Origin: Candidatus Limnocylindrales bacterium
Lineage (GTDB): Bacteria > Chloroflexota > Limnocylindria > Limnocylindrales > CSP1-4
Direction: 5' to 3'
Length of the DNA stretch: 64,000 nt
Assembly (NCBI GenBank): GCA_050014975.1
Contig: JBEKCH010000002.1
Span: 12,158 to 76,157 of the forward strand
Shown: in pieces, positions 36,028-47,452 of the stretch
How the letters are laid out: the number at the start of each line of letters is the position of its first letter
Numbering within the stretch: position 1 is the stretch's first letter
Made by a program: the position numbers and the translations under genes
The notes under the pieces: generated by a model
Database searches by the model: none
What the model was told of the DNA's origin: nothing
The model's input: the letters and a program-made list of their open reading frames with translations, nothing else

Positions 36028-37874
36028 GAAACGGTGCGAGGCCGCGTCGGAGATCGCCGGTCCGGGCGCCGGGTCCGGCGCAGCCGTCGGAGCCGCCGCC
36101 GCAGGTCGACGAATCCGTCGCTCAGAGCAGCGATGACGTTGTCGAGCTGCTTGTCCGCGTGCCGATCGAGGCGCTGGCGGGCGAGCCGCTGGAGCCGCCA
36201 GAGGAGGACGCTTCCCAGGCGGCCTCGAGGCGAGATACCGCTGCCGATGAGCTCGTCAGGCGCGGCGTCGCCGCTGATCCGGCCGAAGTCCTCTTCGAGG
36301 CAGTGCTGGAAGCTGTCGAGACTGCCGAGGTGGAGGCGAGGGCCGAGGTGCCCCAGCGGCCTCGCGCGGCCGCCCGCATGCCTGCCAGCCCGACGGACCA
36401 GGTCCGCTTCGCCCGACTTCACCTTCGGACCGGGTCGCTCTTGCAGGCCCGATCCGCGTTCGAGGCGCTGGCTGCGGAGAACCTTCTCGACCAGGCGGGG
36501 ATCCTGGACCTGGCGGAAGTCCGCTGGCGCACGGGGGACCTGCCAGGGGCAGGCATCGCCGCGATGGCGTACGTCCGCGGGGGTGGGGATGAAGCCCTGG
36601 GCTTCGTGATCGCGGCCGAGGCTGCGGCCGCGGATGATCGCGACGCGGAGGCTCGACGCTACGCCGGACGAGCCATCGAGCGCAGCGTGCCCAGTCTCGA
36701 TACCTACTTCGCCGGGGTTCCGCGCCGCATGATCTGGCCGGAGAGCAGCTGGACGTCGCCTGGCGCCGTGGAGATCGATTCGGCGGCCGTCGCGACTTCG
36801 ACAGCGCCGGCCGAGGCGCCCCCGGTCCCGCCGAAGGGCAGTCTGCCGATCCCTGCGGTCGAGCCCGAGGCGGTCGAGCCGGAGGTCGCCGAGCCGGAGG
36901 CGGCGGTGCCCGAGGCGGCGGTCGAGCCCGAGGCGGTCGAGCCCGAGGCGGCAGTGCCCGAGGCTGCGGTCGAGCCCGAGGTCGCCGAGCCGGAGGCGGC
37001 GGTGCCCGAGGCGGCGGTCGAGCCGGAGGCGGCGGTCGAGCCGGAGGCGGCAGTGCCCGAGGCTGCGGTCGAGCCCGAGGCGGTCGAGCCGGAGGTCGCC
37101 GAGGCGGAGGCGGCAGTGCCCGAGGCTGCGGTCGAGCCCGAGGCGGTCGAGCCGGAGGCGGTCGAGCCGGAGGCGGTCGAGCCGGAGGCGGTCGAGCCGG
37201 AGGCGGTCGAGCCGGAGGCGGTCGAGCCCGAGGCGGTCGAGCCCGAGGCGGCGGTCGAGCCCGAGGCGGTCGAGCCCGAGGCGGCGGTCGAGCCCGAGGC
37301 GGTCGAGCCCGAGGCTGAGGTCGAGCCTGGAGTCGCACCCGAAGCCGTCGCCGAGCCCGTCGCCGAAGCCGCCGCAATCTCGGCTGCGGAGCTGCCCGAG
37401 CACGAGCCCGAGCCGGAGGCTGCTCCAGTGCCTGGGCCCGCGCCGAACGCGTGGGAGGGCGAGATTTCGGCCGGAGTCTCGGCCCTCGCCGCCGGCGACG
37501 CCCTGATGGCGGCCCTTCACTTTGCCGTCGCCCTCCGCACGGCGCCGGAATCCGCGCGGGCCGTGGTCGATGGCATAGGCGAGCGAAGCGACCTGCCCCT
37601 GGAGCTGGTGCGCGGCGACGCCCTGAGACTGCTGGGCAACGAGTCGGATGCCGATCTCGCCGACGCCTCCTTCGCCTCTAAGTTGGGCCAGCCCGCGCCC
37701 GCACCAGACGCCACTCCCGCGCCCGCGCCGGATGTCGCGCCCGCGCCGGATGTCGCGCCTGCGCCGGATGTCGCGCCCGCGCCGGATGTCGCGCCTGCGC
37801 CGGATGTCGCGCCCGCGCCAGAATCCGCGGGCAAGCTCGAGCCAGACGAACCGCCGCCGATCTACTGGGAGTGA
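36024..37874 (+). CDS. repeat protein: helical (TPR-like) N- and C-terminal regions flanking an acidic AVEPE array and an APAPDV array
   Basis: The GTG at 36024 overlaps the M16 stop (GTGA). The protein is 616 aa. The repeats keep the reading frame. The N-terminal boundary is uncertain. Confidence 0.65.
   Translation: MRNGARPRRRSPVRAPGPAQPSEPPPQVDESVAQSSDDVVELLVRVPIEALAGEPLEPPEEDASQAASRRDTAADELVRRGVAADPAEVLFEAVLEAVETAEVEARAEVPQRPRAAARMPASPTDQVRFARLHLRTGSLLQARSAFEALAAENLLDQAGILDLAEVRWRTGDLPGAGIAAMAYVRGGGDEALGFVIAAEAAAADDRDAEARRYAGRAIERSVPSLDTYFAGVPRRMIWPESSWTSPGAVEIDSAAVATSTAPAEAPPVPPKGSLPIPAVEPEAVEPEVAEPEAAVPEAAVEPEAVEPEAAVPEAAVEPEVAEPEAAVPEAAVEPEAAVEPEAAVPEAAVEPEAVEPEVAEAEAAVPEAAVEPEAVEPEAVEPEAVEPEAVEPEAVEPEAVEPEAVEPEAAVEPEAVEPEAAVEPEAVEPEAEVEPGVAPEAVAEPVAEAAAISAAELPEHEPEPEAAPVPGPAPNAWEGEISAGVSALAAGDALMAALHFAVALRTAPESARAVVDGIGERSDLPLELVRGDALRLLGNESDADLADASFASKLGQPAPAPDATPAPAPDVAPAPDVAPAPDVAPAPDVAPAPDVAPAPESAGKLEPDEPPPIYWE
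36855..37330. repeat. 15-bp tandem repeat array, ~31 units (gcggtcgagcc[c/g]gag = AVEPE, with [10 protein letters not shown] variants and higher-order periodicity)
   Basis: Read directly from the sequence. A run of 8 near-identical units lies at about 37141-37260. Confidence 0.9.
37719..37819. repeat. 18-bp tandem repeat, 5 full copies plus a partial one (gcgcc[c/t]gcgccggatgtc = APAPDV)
   Basis: Read directly from the sequence. It is in frame near the C-terminus of the same CDS. Confidence 0.9.
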
Positions 37875-37948
37875 GGTGCCGTCTCGGCGAGGTCGGGCGA
37901 CCGGCTAAACTCACCCTCGGACCACCCAGCCGTAGCGAGATCCGTGCA

Positions 37949-38410
37949 GTGACCGAGCGAACCCTTGTCCTGGTCAAGCCCGACGGCGTCCAGCGCCAGC
38001 TGGTCGGACGCATCCTGGCCCGCTACGAAGAGCGCGGCCTGCGGATCGTGGGGCTCAAGCTCGTGAAAGTGGATCGCGAACTGGCGGAACGGCACTACGC
38101 CGTGCACGAGGGCAAGCCCTTCTTCGAGGGTCTCGTCGCATTCATCACCTCGGGCCCGCTCGTCGCCGTTGCGCTCGAAGGTCCGGGCGCCATCGCCCTG
38201 GTTCGGGCGATGAACGGCGCGACCAATCCGCTCGATGCGCTCCCCGGAACGGTCCGCGGGGACCTGGCGGTCGAGATGGGCCAGAACCTCGTTCATGCCT
38301 CGGACAGCGCGGAGTCCGCCGCGACCGAGCTCGACATCTGGTTCTCGGCGGACGAACTGATCTCGTACGGTCGCGAGATCGATCGCTGGGTCGTCGGGCC
38401 GACGGCCTGA
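37949..38410 (+). CDS. ndk: nucleoside-diphosphate kinase
   Basis: It has 'TLVLVKPDGVQR', 'YAVHEGKPFF' and the active-site 'NLVHASDS'. The GTG at 37949 gives a typical 153-aa protein. Confidence 0.9.
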   Translation: MTERTLVLVKPDGVQRQLVGRILARYEERGLRIVGLKLVKVDRELAERHYAVHEGKPFFEGLVAFITSGPLVAVALEGPGAIALVRAMNGATNPLDALPGTVRGDLAVEMGQNLVHASDSAESAATELDIWFSADELISYGREIDRWVVGPTA

Positions 38411-38495
38411 GCCCACTTCACAGGGCGGGCGGCCAGAGCGGATGATTGGTCTGGCGCCGCACGGTCGCGTCGCGAGATCGCGGACGCCGTGCCGG

Positions 38496-40244
38496 TCAGT
38501 CTCCCGTGTCTGGTGCGGGTGACGCGCCGGCGGTCGCGGACGGGCTCTGGCTCGGCGTCGTCGTTGAGGGTTGCGGCGGCAAGGTGGTGCCCGAGGTCGG
38601 CTCGGCTGTCGGCGCCGCGGCCGGCCCGCTGCCGCTTTCGACGCCGCCCGGATTCGGCAGCAGGCCGGTGGTCTGGTCGAGCGTGATGCCGGACTGCGAT
38701 GCGCCCGAGGCCCCGAACCCACCGAAAGCGACCACCGCGGCGATGAGCGCGGTGGCTAGCACGAGGGCACTGGCCTCGAACGGGCGATTGAGCCGCCAGG
38801 CCATGGCCAGCCGATGCCGGATCGAGAAGCGCGCACGTCGAGGCGGAACCCCCTCGGCCTCGGCCTCGGGCTCGACGGGCTTCGCCACCGGCTCGGCCTG
38901 GCCGAGCGGTAGGTCATCCGATGCAGGCACCGCGCGGGCAACCGCGTCCGCATCGGCCGACTCGTGTCCCAGCTGCGGCAGGCGTGGCCAGCGCGGCCAG
39001 TCGGCGCCGGCGCGGCGAACGGCGACCGTCGGCGGCAGCAGCCCCACGGCGAGCAGTCTCGCGTAGTAGGCGAGCGAAAGGAGGATCGCGGCCAGCCCAA
39101 GGAAGTCCATCCAGCCGGGGAGGCCCAGCTGAACGAGCGTGGCCCGCGCCTCGAAGACGGCGCTGCCGGGCCAGCCGAGTGTGGCGACCACGATGGCTAC
39201 CAGGGCCAGCCCGAGGAGGGGTGCACGGCGCAGCCAGCCCCGGAGCTCGCCCAGGTTCGACGTCTGGAAGGCCCATGAGGCGGTCGCCACCCAGGCCACC
39301 AGAGCCGACTTGGCGATGACGAAGACGAGGAGCCAGAGCCGGGCCGCCGGCATGGCGTCGGCGTCGCGGGCCGTCAGGGCCAGCAGGACGAAGCCTGTGT
39401 CCTGGACGATGGAGTAGACCGCGATCTCTTCTATCTCGTCGTGGAGCATCGCGCCCACGGCTCCGAAGATGAGCGTCGACACCGCCACGACCTGCACGGC
39501 AACGACCGCCCGGTCGAGCCAGTCGCCGGGCACCCCGAAGATGCTGGCGTTCCAGCTGAGCGCGACCAGGCCGAAACTCGTCGGAATCCAGACCAGCGAT
39601 AGGACCAGCCCCAGGCCCTCGCCGCTCCGGCTGAGCAGCGCTGCCGGTACGTGGAACGGCACCGCCCCCGATCTGACGGCGACTGCCGCCGCAAGGACGA
39701 GGAACGCCAGAGCGAGCACGAAGGTGGGGTCGTCGCTGTTCCAGTTAGTGTTGAGGATCGTGACTGCTGCCAGAAGAGAAGCCGCGATCACGAGCGCAAG
39801 AGTGCGCATCTCGGCGATGCCGACGGTCACCCCCAGGGGCGTCGACCGGATCCTGCTGGCCACGAGCGCGGCCGGGGCCGTGGCCGCGGCCGCGGCCACC
39901 ACGGTGACGGTCGGATCCGTTGATGAAATGGCAATGCCGACTCCCGCGAGCATGGCCAGCGCCGCGGGCGCCAGCCGCTCGGGCCAGCCGGTTAGCAGGC
40001 CGATCAGGCACAGCAGCAGGCAGCTCGCGGCCAGCGCCGTCAGGAAGAACCCGACGAACCAGGAAGCGGCCAGCTGCACCTCGCCGACGGTCGTCGTGTC
40101 GTCCGGGTTGATCAGGAGGGCGGCCATCAGGGCGCCGGCCACGCTGCCGATGGCGACGAGCCGCGACAGCCGGGCGTATGGCTGGGCCAGCAGTCCCAGC
40201 AGCATGCCGAAGACGCAGACGAGCAGGAATGCGATCAGGGTCAT
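38496..40244 (-). CDS. NuoN/MrpD-like (proton-conducting antiporter-type) membrane subunit, divergent, with an extra TM and an S/T/P-rich tail
   Basis: 'AVPFHVPAALLSRSGEGLGLVLSL' and 'GAMLHDEIEEIAVYSIVQDTGFVLLAL' line up by eye with the two hallmark motifs of the Proton_antipo_M family ('PFHxWxPDxxEG', 'QxxxKRxLAYSSIxxxG'). Several normally conserved residues are replaced. The ATG overlaps the upstream stop (ATGA). Confidence 0.6.
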   Translation of the reverse strand: MTLIAFLLVCVFGMLLGLLAQPYARLSRLVAIGSVAGALMAALLINPDDTTTVGEVQLAASWFVGFFLTALAASCLLLCLIGLLTGWPERLAPAALAMLAGVGIAISSTDPTVTVVAAAAATAPAALVASRIRSTPLGVTVGIAEMRTLALVIAASLLAAVTILNTNWNSDDPTFVLALAFLVLAAAVAVRSGAVPFHVPAALLSRSGEGLGLVLSLVWIPTSFGLVALSWNASIFGVPGDWLDRAVVAVQVVAVSTLIFGAVGAMLHDEIEEIAVYSIVQDTGFVLLALTARDADAMPAARLWLLVFVIAKSALVAWVATASWAFQTSNLGELRGWLRRAPLLGLALVAIVVATLGWPGSAVFEARATLVQLGLPGWMDFLGLAAILLSLAYYARLLAVGLLPPTVAVRRAGADWPRWPRLPQLGHESADADAVARAVPASDDLPLGQAEPVAKPVEPEAEAEGVPPRRARFSIRHRLAMAWRLNRPFEASALVLATALIAAVVAFGGFGASGASQSGITLDQTTGLLPNPGGVESGSGPAAAPTAEPTSGTTLPPQPSTTTPSQSPSATAGASPAPDTGD

Positions 40245-41194
40245 GGCTTGTCGCCCGGGTTCGGGCGCGACCGCCCCGGCTTCCTGGTGGCGGGCTTCTT
40301 CTCGGCCTGGTTCGACGCCGGCGTTCGCCGGACGGGGCCGGCGGAACGGCGCCTGGGCTCGGGCTCCGGGGCCGCCCAGGCGGCCCAGGCGTCCGGCTCG
40401 ATCGGATCCGCCGTCATCGGCCTGCGCGACTGGGACTGCCCCTCGGGTTCGGGCCGCGGCATGGGTTCCGGCTCTGCGGGGGCGTCGGCGAGGGGCCGGA
40501 ACGCGCCGGAGACCACGGCGGGGGCGGGTATTTCCACGGGCCCAGGTTGGGCCGCTACCGGTTCGCCGGCTATCGGCTGGCTCGGCTGCGGTTCGGCCGT
40601 CAGCGGTTCGTTCGCCTGTCCGGCTGGCGCGGCCTCCGCCCTGGCAGTCGGAACGAGCACGCTCGTCGCCCCGGCGATACCGACCAGCAGGGCGGCCATG
40701 GCCAGCTGCTCCAGCGCCGGGGTCGGCCCCGACCAGGCGCCGACGAGAAGGGAGCTGCCGAGGGTCAGGAGCGCGACCCCGACGCCCATTCGAAAGACGT
40801 CCCGACCGGCCAGAGGCGCCATGGCCAGAGTCACCAGCGAGAACCCGGCGGCCTGGGCAACGATCGGGCCCGCCAGAGGATCGACGGGCTCGATGGCCAG
40901 ACCGATTGCGAAAGCGGCCACGGCGACCGCTCCCTGGGCAACGAGACCAATCTCCGAACCGGCGCTATCCAGCGAGGCGGAGGTGACCGTCGCCCACAGC
41001 AGATACGAGGCCAGCATCGCTCCCAGGATTCGAGCCGTCACCGCCAGGGAATCGGGCAATGGCGAGGCCACGAGCGACGAAGTCACGGCTGCAAGCATCA
41101 GACCGAGCACGACGATCCGCCCGTCGCGGGCGGTCACAGCCGCCACGCCACCTATCACGACGGCGATGGCTGCCAGGACCGGCGGGTCGATCAC
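40241..41194 (-). CDS. polytopic membrane protein (~7 TM) with a long P/A/E-rich C-terminal tail; possible remote NuoJ/NuoK-like fusion
   Basis: A GTG start lies at 41194. The segments 'VTARDGRIVVLGLMLAAVTSSLVAS...ARILGAMLASYLLW' and 'AGRDVFRMGVGVALLTLGSSLLVGA' resemble NuoJ- and NuoK-type helices by eye only. Confidence 0.5.
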   Translation of the reverse strand: MIDPPVLAAIAVVIGGVAAVTARDGRIVVLGLMLAAVTSSLVASPLPDSLAVTARILGAMLASYLLWATVTSASLDSAGSEIGLVAQGAVAVAAFAIGLAIEPVDPLAGPIVAQAAGFSLVTLAMAPLAGRDVFRMGVGVALLTLGSSLLVGAWSGPTPALEQLAMAALLVGIAGATSVLVPTARAEAAPAGQANEPLTAEPQPSQPIAGEPVAAQPGPVEIPAPAVVSGAFRPLADAPAEPEPMPRPEPEGQSQSRRPMTADPIEPDAWAAWAAPEPEPRRRSAGPVRRTPASNQAEKKPATRKPGRSRPNPGDKP

Positions 41195-41234
41195 GTGGCC
41201 CCGACGGGACGGGCGTTGGGGGCGCGCCGGCCGG

Positions 41235-41852
41235 TCATGGCGTCGCGCTTGGTGAAGCAGCCGGCGCCGGCGTTGCGGTGGCGGTCGCCGGCGATTGCCA
41301 CGACGGCAGGATGCCGAACTGGTCGAGCGGCCAGTAGCGCAGCCAGGCGCGGCCGATCACGGTGGATAAGTCGATAGGCCCGAACGTGCGCGAGTCCTGT
41401 GAATCCGATCGATGGTCGCCCAGGACGAAGAGCTGGTTCTTCTCGATCGTCCAGGTGTGCTTCGCCGGATCCACCGGCTCGGTCGGCTGGCCGTCGAATA
41501 CGTACGGCTCGTTCAGGGCCGTGCCGTTGACGAACACGCGGCCGTCGTGGATGTCGACCGTATCTCCGGCCACGCCGATGACCCGCTTGATGTACGGCGC
41601 GCCGGAGGGGTCCGGGGCCGAGCCTGCGGGTGGGTTGAAAACCACGATGTCGCCCCGATGGTAGCCATCGAAGAGGGGTGTCACCTTGTCCACCAGAACG
41701 TGCTGATTGGGCATCAGCGTGTTCTCCATGGATTCCTGCTGGACCTGGTAGGGCTGCGCAACGAAGGTCTGGATCGCGATGAAGACGATGAAGGTCAGGA
41801 GCAGCGTCTCGAGCAGCTCGAAGAGGCAGCCCAATGTGCGATGGCGGTTCAC
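41235..41852 (-). CDS. lepB: signal peptidase I
   Basis: It has the catalytic Ser box 'ESMENTL', the Lys box 'IKRVIGVAGD' and 'GDHRSDSQDSR'. A GTG start lies at 41852. Confidence 0.9.
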   Translation of the reverse strand: MNRHRTLGCLFELLETLLLTFIVFIAIQTFVAQPYQVQQESMENTLMPNQHVLVDKVTPLFDGYHRGDIVVFNPPAGSAPDPSGAPYIKRVIGVAGDTVDIHDGRVFVNGTALNEPYVFDGQPTEPVDPAKHTWTIEKNQLFVLGDHRSDSQDSRTFGPIDLSTVIGRAWLRYWPLDQFGILPSWQSPATATATPAPAASPSATP

Positions 41853-41873
41853 AAGTCCGCGAGTATAGGGGCT

Positions 41874-43970
41874 GTGCTATCGTCCTGCCCCGTGGATCTC
41901 CCGAGCAGGTTGAGCTGGCTGAGCAGCGGTCGATTCCTACGAGCACTGGGTCCACTGGCCGGCCTTGTCCTCGTCGCCACGGTTCTCTACACCGCGACCA
42001 GCATCGACCGCGTGCCCCCTACGTACCAGATCAAGCTGAGCTCCACGGAGCCCGGTACGGGCCTGGCCCTGACCCTGACCACGATCGATGTCTCCTTCAG
42101 CGAGAGGGTCAAGGAGGACATTGCCAGGAATGCTTTCTCGATCAGCCCGCCCGTCGATGGCTCGTACCAGTGGCAAGGCACGACGCTGATCTTCACTCCG
42201 TCCGGGAAGCTGCCCCTGGCGACGACGTTCAAGGTCCAGATGGCTCCCGGCGTCCAAGATCTCGCCGGCAACGCCCAGGGCAAGGGTCAGGACCTGACCT
42301 TCACGACGGTCGGGGCGCCCAAGGTGACGTCCGTCGTTCCAGCGCGCGGAGCCGCAGCGGTGCCGGTGGACGCCACGATCGAGATCACGTTCGATCGGCT
42401 GATGGACACCCAGAAGGTCCTGGCGGGCCTGAAGATCGAGCCCAACATCCCGTACACGGCCGCCTGGAACGGTCCGGTGCTGGCGATCACCCCCAAGGAC
42501 CAGCTCTCCTTCGCGACGACCTACAGCGTCGAGGTTGACGAGCCTGCGGTCGACACCGACGGGACGCCGCTGTCGGCGTACCAGACGAGCTTCACCACCG
42601 TTGGCATCGGCCTCCACGTCAGCGCCTTGATCCCCGCGCCGAACGTGGCCGGGGTCAGTATCCAGACTCCGATCGCCGTTATCTTCGACGGTCCGATCGA
42701 TCCCACAACGGTCAGCGACGCAATCAGCCTGACCCCGCCGGTGAGTGGCTCGACCCAGGTCGCGACACTGCCCGACGATCGACCGGCCACGATCCAGCCG
42801 ACCGAATCGCCCTCGGCCGCTGCTTCATCCGCCGGCAGCGGAGACAACGTGCTGGTCTTCACGCCGGACGCGCCGCTGGCCGCCCACACCACCTATTCGG
42901 TGTCGATGAGCTCGGGTGTGCGTCGTACCAACGGCGAGGCGGCCTCCGCGGAGTCCTGGTCCTTCACTACCGGGGAGCCGACTTCCAGCGCTTTGAACCA
43001 GATCGTCTTCCTGTCCAACCGCGGCGGCGTGGCCAACGTCTGGCTGATGAACCCGGACGGATCGAACCAGCGTGAGGTCACGGCCGAGCTCGTTCCCGTG
43101 AGCGGCTTCGACATCAGCGGTGACGGCAGCACCATCGCCTACGGCGCCGGAGGCCAGGTCAAACGGATGAAGATGGACGGCACGAACCTGCAGGTTCTCA
43201 CGGCGCCTGGAGCCTTCGAGTACGCACCCAAGTTCACGCCGGATGGAACCGCGCTGATCGTGGCGCGGCGCGACGCCACCGGGGCCGACCTCGGCTACTG
43301 GCGCATCCCGCTGGTCACCGGTGCGGATTCGAAACAGATCGCACCCGACGGCGCGCCCGGCCTCGGCAGCGTCACCCTGCAGGGCGATGGTCTCACGGGA
43401 TCGCCCGGCGAACCGTCATGGGCGCCGCGGGTGGCCTTCTCGGCGGACGGCAATATCATGCTCGTCGTCCGCGGGCTGGACGGCGAGGTGGAGCTGGTCG
43501 ACGTCACCGGGGCGAACCCGCCGGTACAGCTGGGTCTGACGGGCGACTCGCAGCCGATCTGGGATCAGCAGGACGGCGCCTTCTACGTCGTCGCCACATC
43601 CGACGGCGGCGCCAGCTGGTCGCTCTGGCGAGTCTCGACCAGCGGCGCCACGGCCAGGATCGCCCCCGCCGTGGGCGATCTGGCCATCTCCGTGGAGGGT
43701 GGGCTGGCTTCCGTGGTCAAGAGCTCCGATGGGTCGACACACATCGCGTACTCGGTTTCGGCCGGCTCTGCGAGCTCGAGCGTGCTCACGAACGATCCCA
43801 TCTGGAGCGATGGCTCGCCGTCTTTCTCGCCCGACGGGTCGCTCATCGTTTTCGGTCGCTTCGAGACGGCCAGCCCGACGACTTCGGACGGGATCTGGAT
43901 CATCGGACCCAACGGCACCGACCTCACGAACCTGGCCACGGACGGCGCCTATCCGCGCTGGATGCCGTAG
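41874..43970 (+). CDS. membrane-anchored surface protein: N-terminal TM, 3-4 Ig-like (SbsA/Big_5-like) domains, C-terminal TolB-like beta-propeller
   Basis: A repeating pattern '...I(E/D)(I/V)xF...LxFTPxxxLxxxTxYxVxV...FTT' occurs three or more times. PD40-like repeats follow ('IVFLSNRGGVANVWLMNPDGSNQREVT', 'SPSFSPDGSLIVF'). The start is uncertain (ATG 41841, GTG 41874/41892 or TTG 41910). Confidence 0.7.
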   Translation: MLSSCPVDLPSRLSWLSSGRFLRALGPLAGLVLVATVLYTATSIDRVPPTYQIKLSSTEPGTGLALTLTTIDVSFSERVKEDIARNAFSISPPVDGSYQWQGTTLIFTPSGKLPLATTFKVQMAPGVQDLAGNAQGKGQDLTFTTVGAPKVTSVVPARGAAAVPVDATIEITFDRLMDTQKVLAGLKIEPNIPYTAAWNGPVLAITPKDQLSFATTYSVEVDEPAVDTDGTPLSAYQTSFTTVGIGLHVSALIPAPNVAGVSIQTPIAVIFDGPIDPTTVSDAISLTPPVSGSTQVATLPDDRPATIQPTESPSAAASSAGSGDNVLVFTPDAPLAAHTTYSVSMSSGVRRTNGEAASAESWSFTTGEPTSSALNQIVFLSNRGGVANVWLMNPDGSNQREVTAELVPVSGFDISGDGSTIAYGAGGQVKRMKMDGTNLQVLTAPGAFEYAPKFTPDGTALIVARRDATGADLGYWRIPLVTGADSKQIAPDGAPGLGSVTLQGDGLTGSPGEPSWAPRVAFSADGNIMLVVRGLDGEVELVDVTGANPPVQLGLTGDSQPIWDQQDGAFYVVATSDGGASWSLWRVSTSGATARIAPAVGDLAISVEGGLASVVKSSDGSTHIAYSVSAGSASSSVLTNDPIWSDGSPSFSPDGSLIVFGRFETASPTTSDGIWIIGPNGTDLTNLATDGAYPRWMP

Positions 43971-44085
43971 GCGCCGAGCGCTCCGGCCTCCACGTCGCCA
44001 GCGCGGGCCATACGTCCCGAGTCGGCGGGACCATTCGCCCCGCTTCGGCGGCGGTGACTGCATATGCAGGGGGTCCTTCCGCAGT

Positions 44086-44115
44086 TTGACCCCTCCTTTG
44101 GGCCGTTGATACACT
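44086..44115 (+). promoter_or_regulatory. sigma-70/SigA-type promoter candidate for hppA
   Basis: TTGACC (44086-91), an 18-nt spacer ending in TGa, then TACACT (44110-15). It lies about 110 nt upstream of ATG 44226. Confidence 0.4.
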
Positions 44116-44225
44116 CCGCCCGGCCCGAGTATGCAACCACCTATCGGATCCGGGCTCCAAGCCCCAGAGGCGCGCCGTCCCGCCGCGCTCCATCGTGCCG
44201 TCAGAGAAGGAGTCGCTTGCCCCCT

Positions 44226-46442
<2,217 letters not shown>

Positions 46443-46455
46443 CCGGTGTCTTGCG

Positions 46456-46491
46456 GCGCGGGCCGGCGCTCGAGCGACCGCCGGCCCGCGC
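46456..46491 (+). terminator. GC-rich hairpin after hppA (no U-tract)
   Basis: A perfect 13-bp stem (gcgcgggccggcg / cgccggcccgcgc) with a 10-nt loop lies 14 nt after the stop. Confidence 0.5.
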
Positions 46492-46569
46492 CCACTGCCC
46501 GGCCGCGCCGCCCGCTGTAACCCTCGCTTGCCGGAGCCCTGACGCCAACCCGTCACCAAGGAGAGCCGC

Positions 46570-47406
46570 GTGGACCTGTCCATCCAGGCCCTGATCATTG
46601 GGCTAGTCCAGGGCCTCACCGAGTTCGTGCCCGTCTCCAGCTCGGGTCACCTGATCCTGGTGCCGTGGGCTCTCGGCTGGACGGACCCTTTCATCGACTC
46701 GCTGGAGTTCACCGTCCTCCTCCACATGGGCACGCTGGTGGCGTTGATCGTCTACTTCTGGCACGACTGGCTCGTGCTGATCCCAGCGGGACTGGCCAGC
46801 ATCAGAGATCGCTCCATCGGCGGCGATCCCGACCGCAGGACGGCGTGGCTCCTGGTCGTGGCCACCATCCCGGCCGTCGTCGTCGGACCCCTTCTCTCCG
46901 ATACCATCGAGAACTGGGTCCGCGAACCGGCCCTGGTTGCGGCCATGCTCTGTGTCGGCGCGGCCATCCTGTGGCTGGCCGATCGGTGGGGCGCCAAGGT
47001 CCGAGACATGGATTCGATGACGTTCGGTGGCGCGCTCGGGATCGGCATCGCCCAGGTCCTGTCTCTCGTTCCGGGCATCAGCCGGTCCGGCGTCAGCATC
47101 TCCGCCGGCCTGCTCGAGGGTCTCAACCGTGAGGCGGCCGCGCGGTTCAGCTTCCTGATGGCCACGCCGGTCGTGGCCGGCGCTGGAGTCTGGGAGGCCC
47201 GCAAACTGATCACCGGAGAGGGGGGCACCAGCCCGGAGCTGCGCCTCTTGCTCATCGGCTTCGTGGCCGCCGCGACCTCGGGCATCCTGGCCATTCACTT
47301 CATGCTCGAGTTCCTGCGCCGCCGGCCGGTTACCCTCTTCGTGGTCTATCGTGTTCTCGCGGCCGCAGCGGTCTTCGTGATCCTGCTTTCGCCGCACGGG
47401 GCATGA
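46570..47406 (+). CDS. uppP: undecaprenyl-diphosphate phosphatase
   Basis: It carries the 'GLTEFVPVSSSGHLIL' and 'VPGISRSG' motifs. Confidence 0.9.
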   Translation: MDLSIQALIIGLVQGLTEFVPVSSSGHLILVPWALGWTDPFIDSLEFTVLLHMGTLVALIVYFWHDWLVLIPAGLASIRDRSIGGDPDRRTAWLLVVATIPAVVVGPLLSDTIENWVREPALVAAMLCVGAAILWLADRWGAKVRDMDSMTFGGALGIGIAQVLSLVPGISRSGVSISAGLLEGLNREAAARFSFLMATPVVAGAGVWEARKLITGEGGTSPELRLLLIGFVAAATSGILAIHFMLEFLRRRPVTLFVVYRVLAAAAVFVILLSPHGA

Positions 47407-47452
47407 GAGGGCGGATGATGCAGGCACCTACCCTGGGGGGCCGGTAAGCTTC

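Noticed and set aside
36855-37330. The regular short-repeat array looks at first glance like a CRISPR or minisatellite locus.
   Set aside because: The period is 15 bp with no spacers. The units are contiguous and in frame within a long ORF (AVEPE). No cas genes are nearby. It is a coding tandem repeat.
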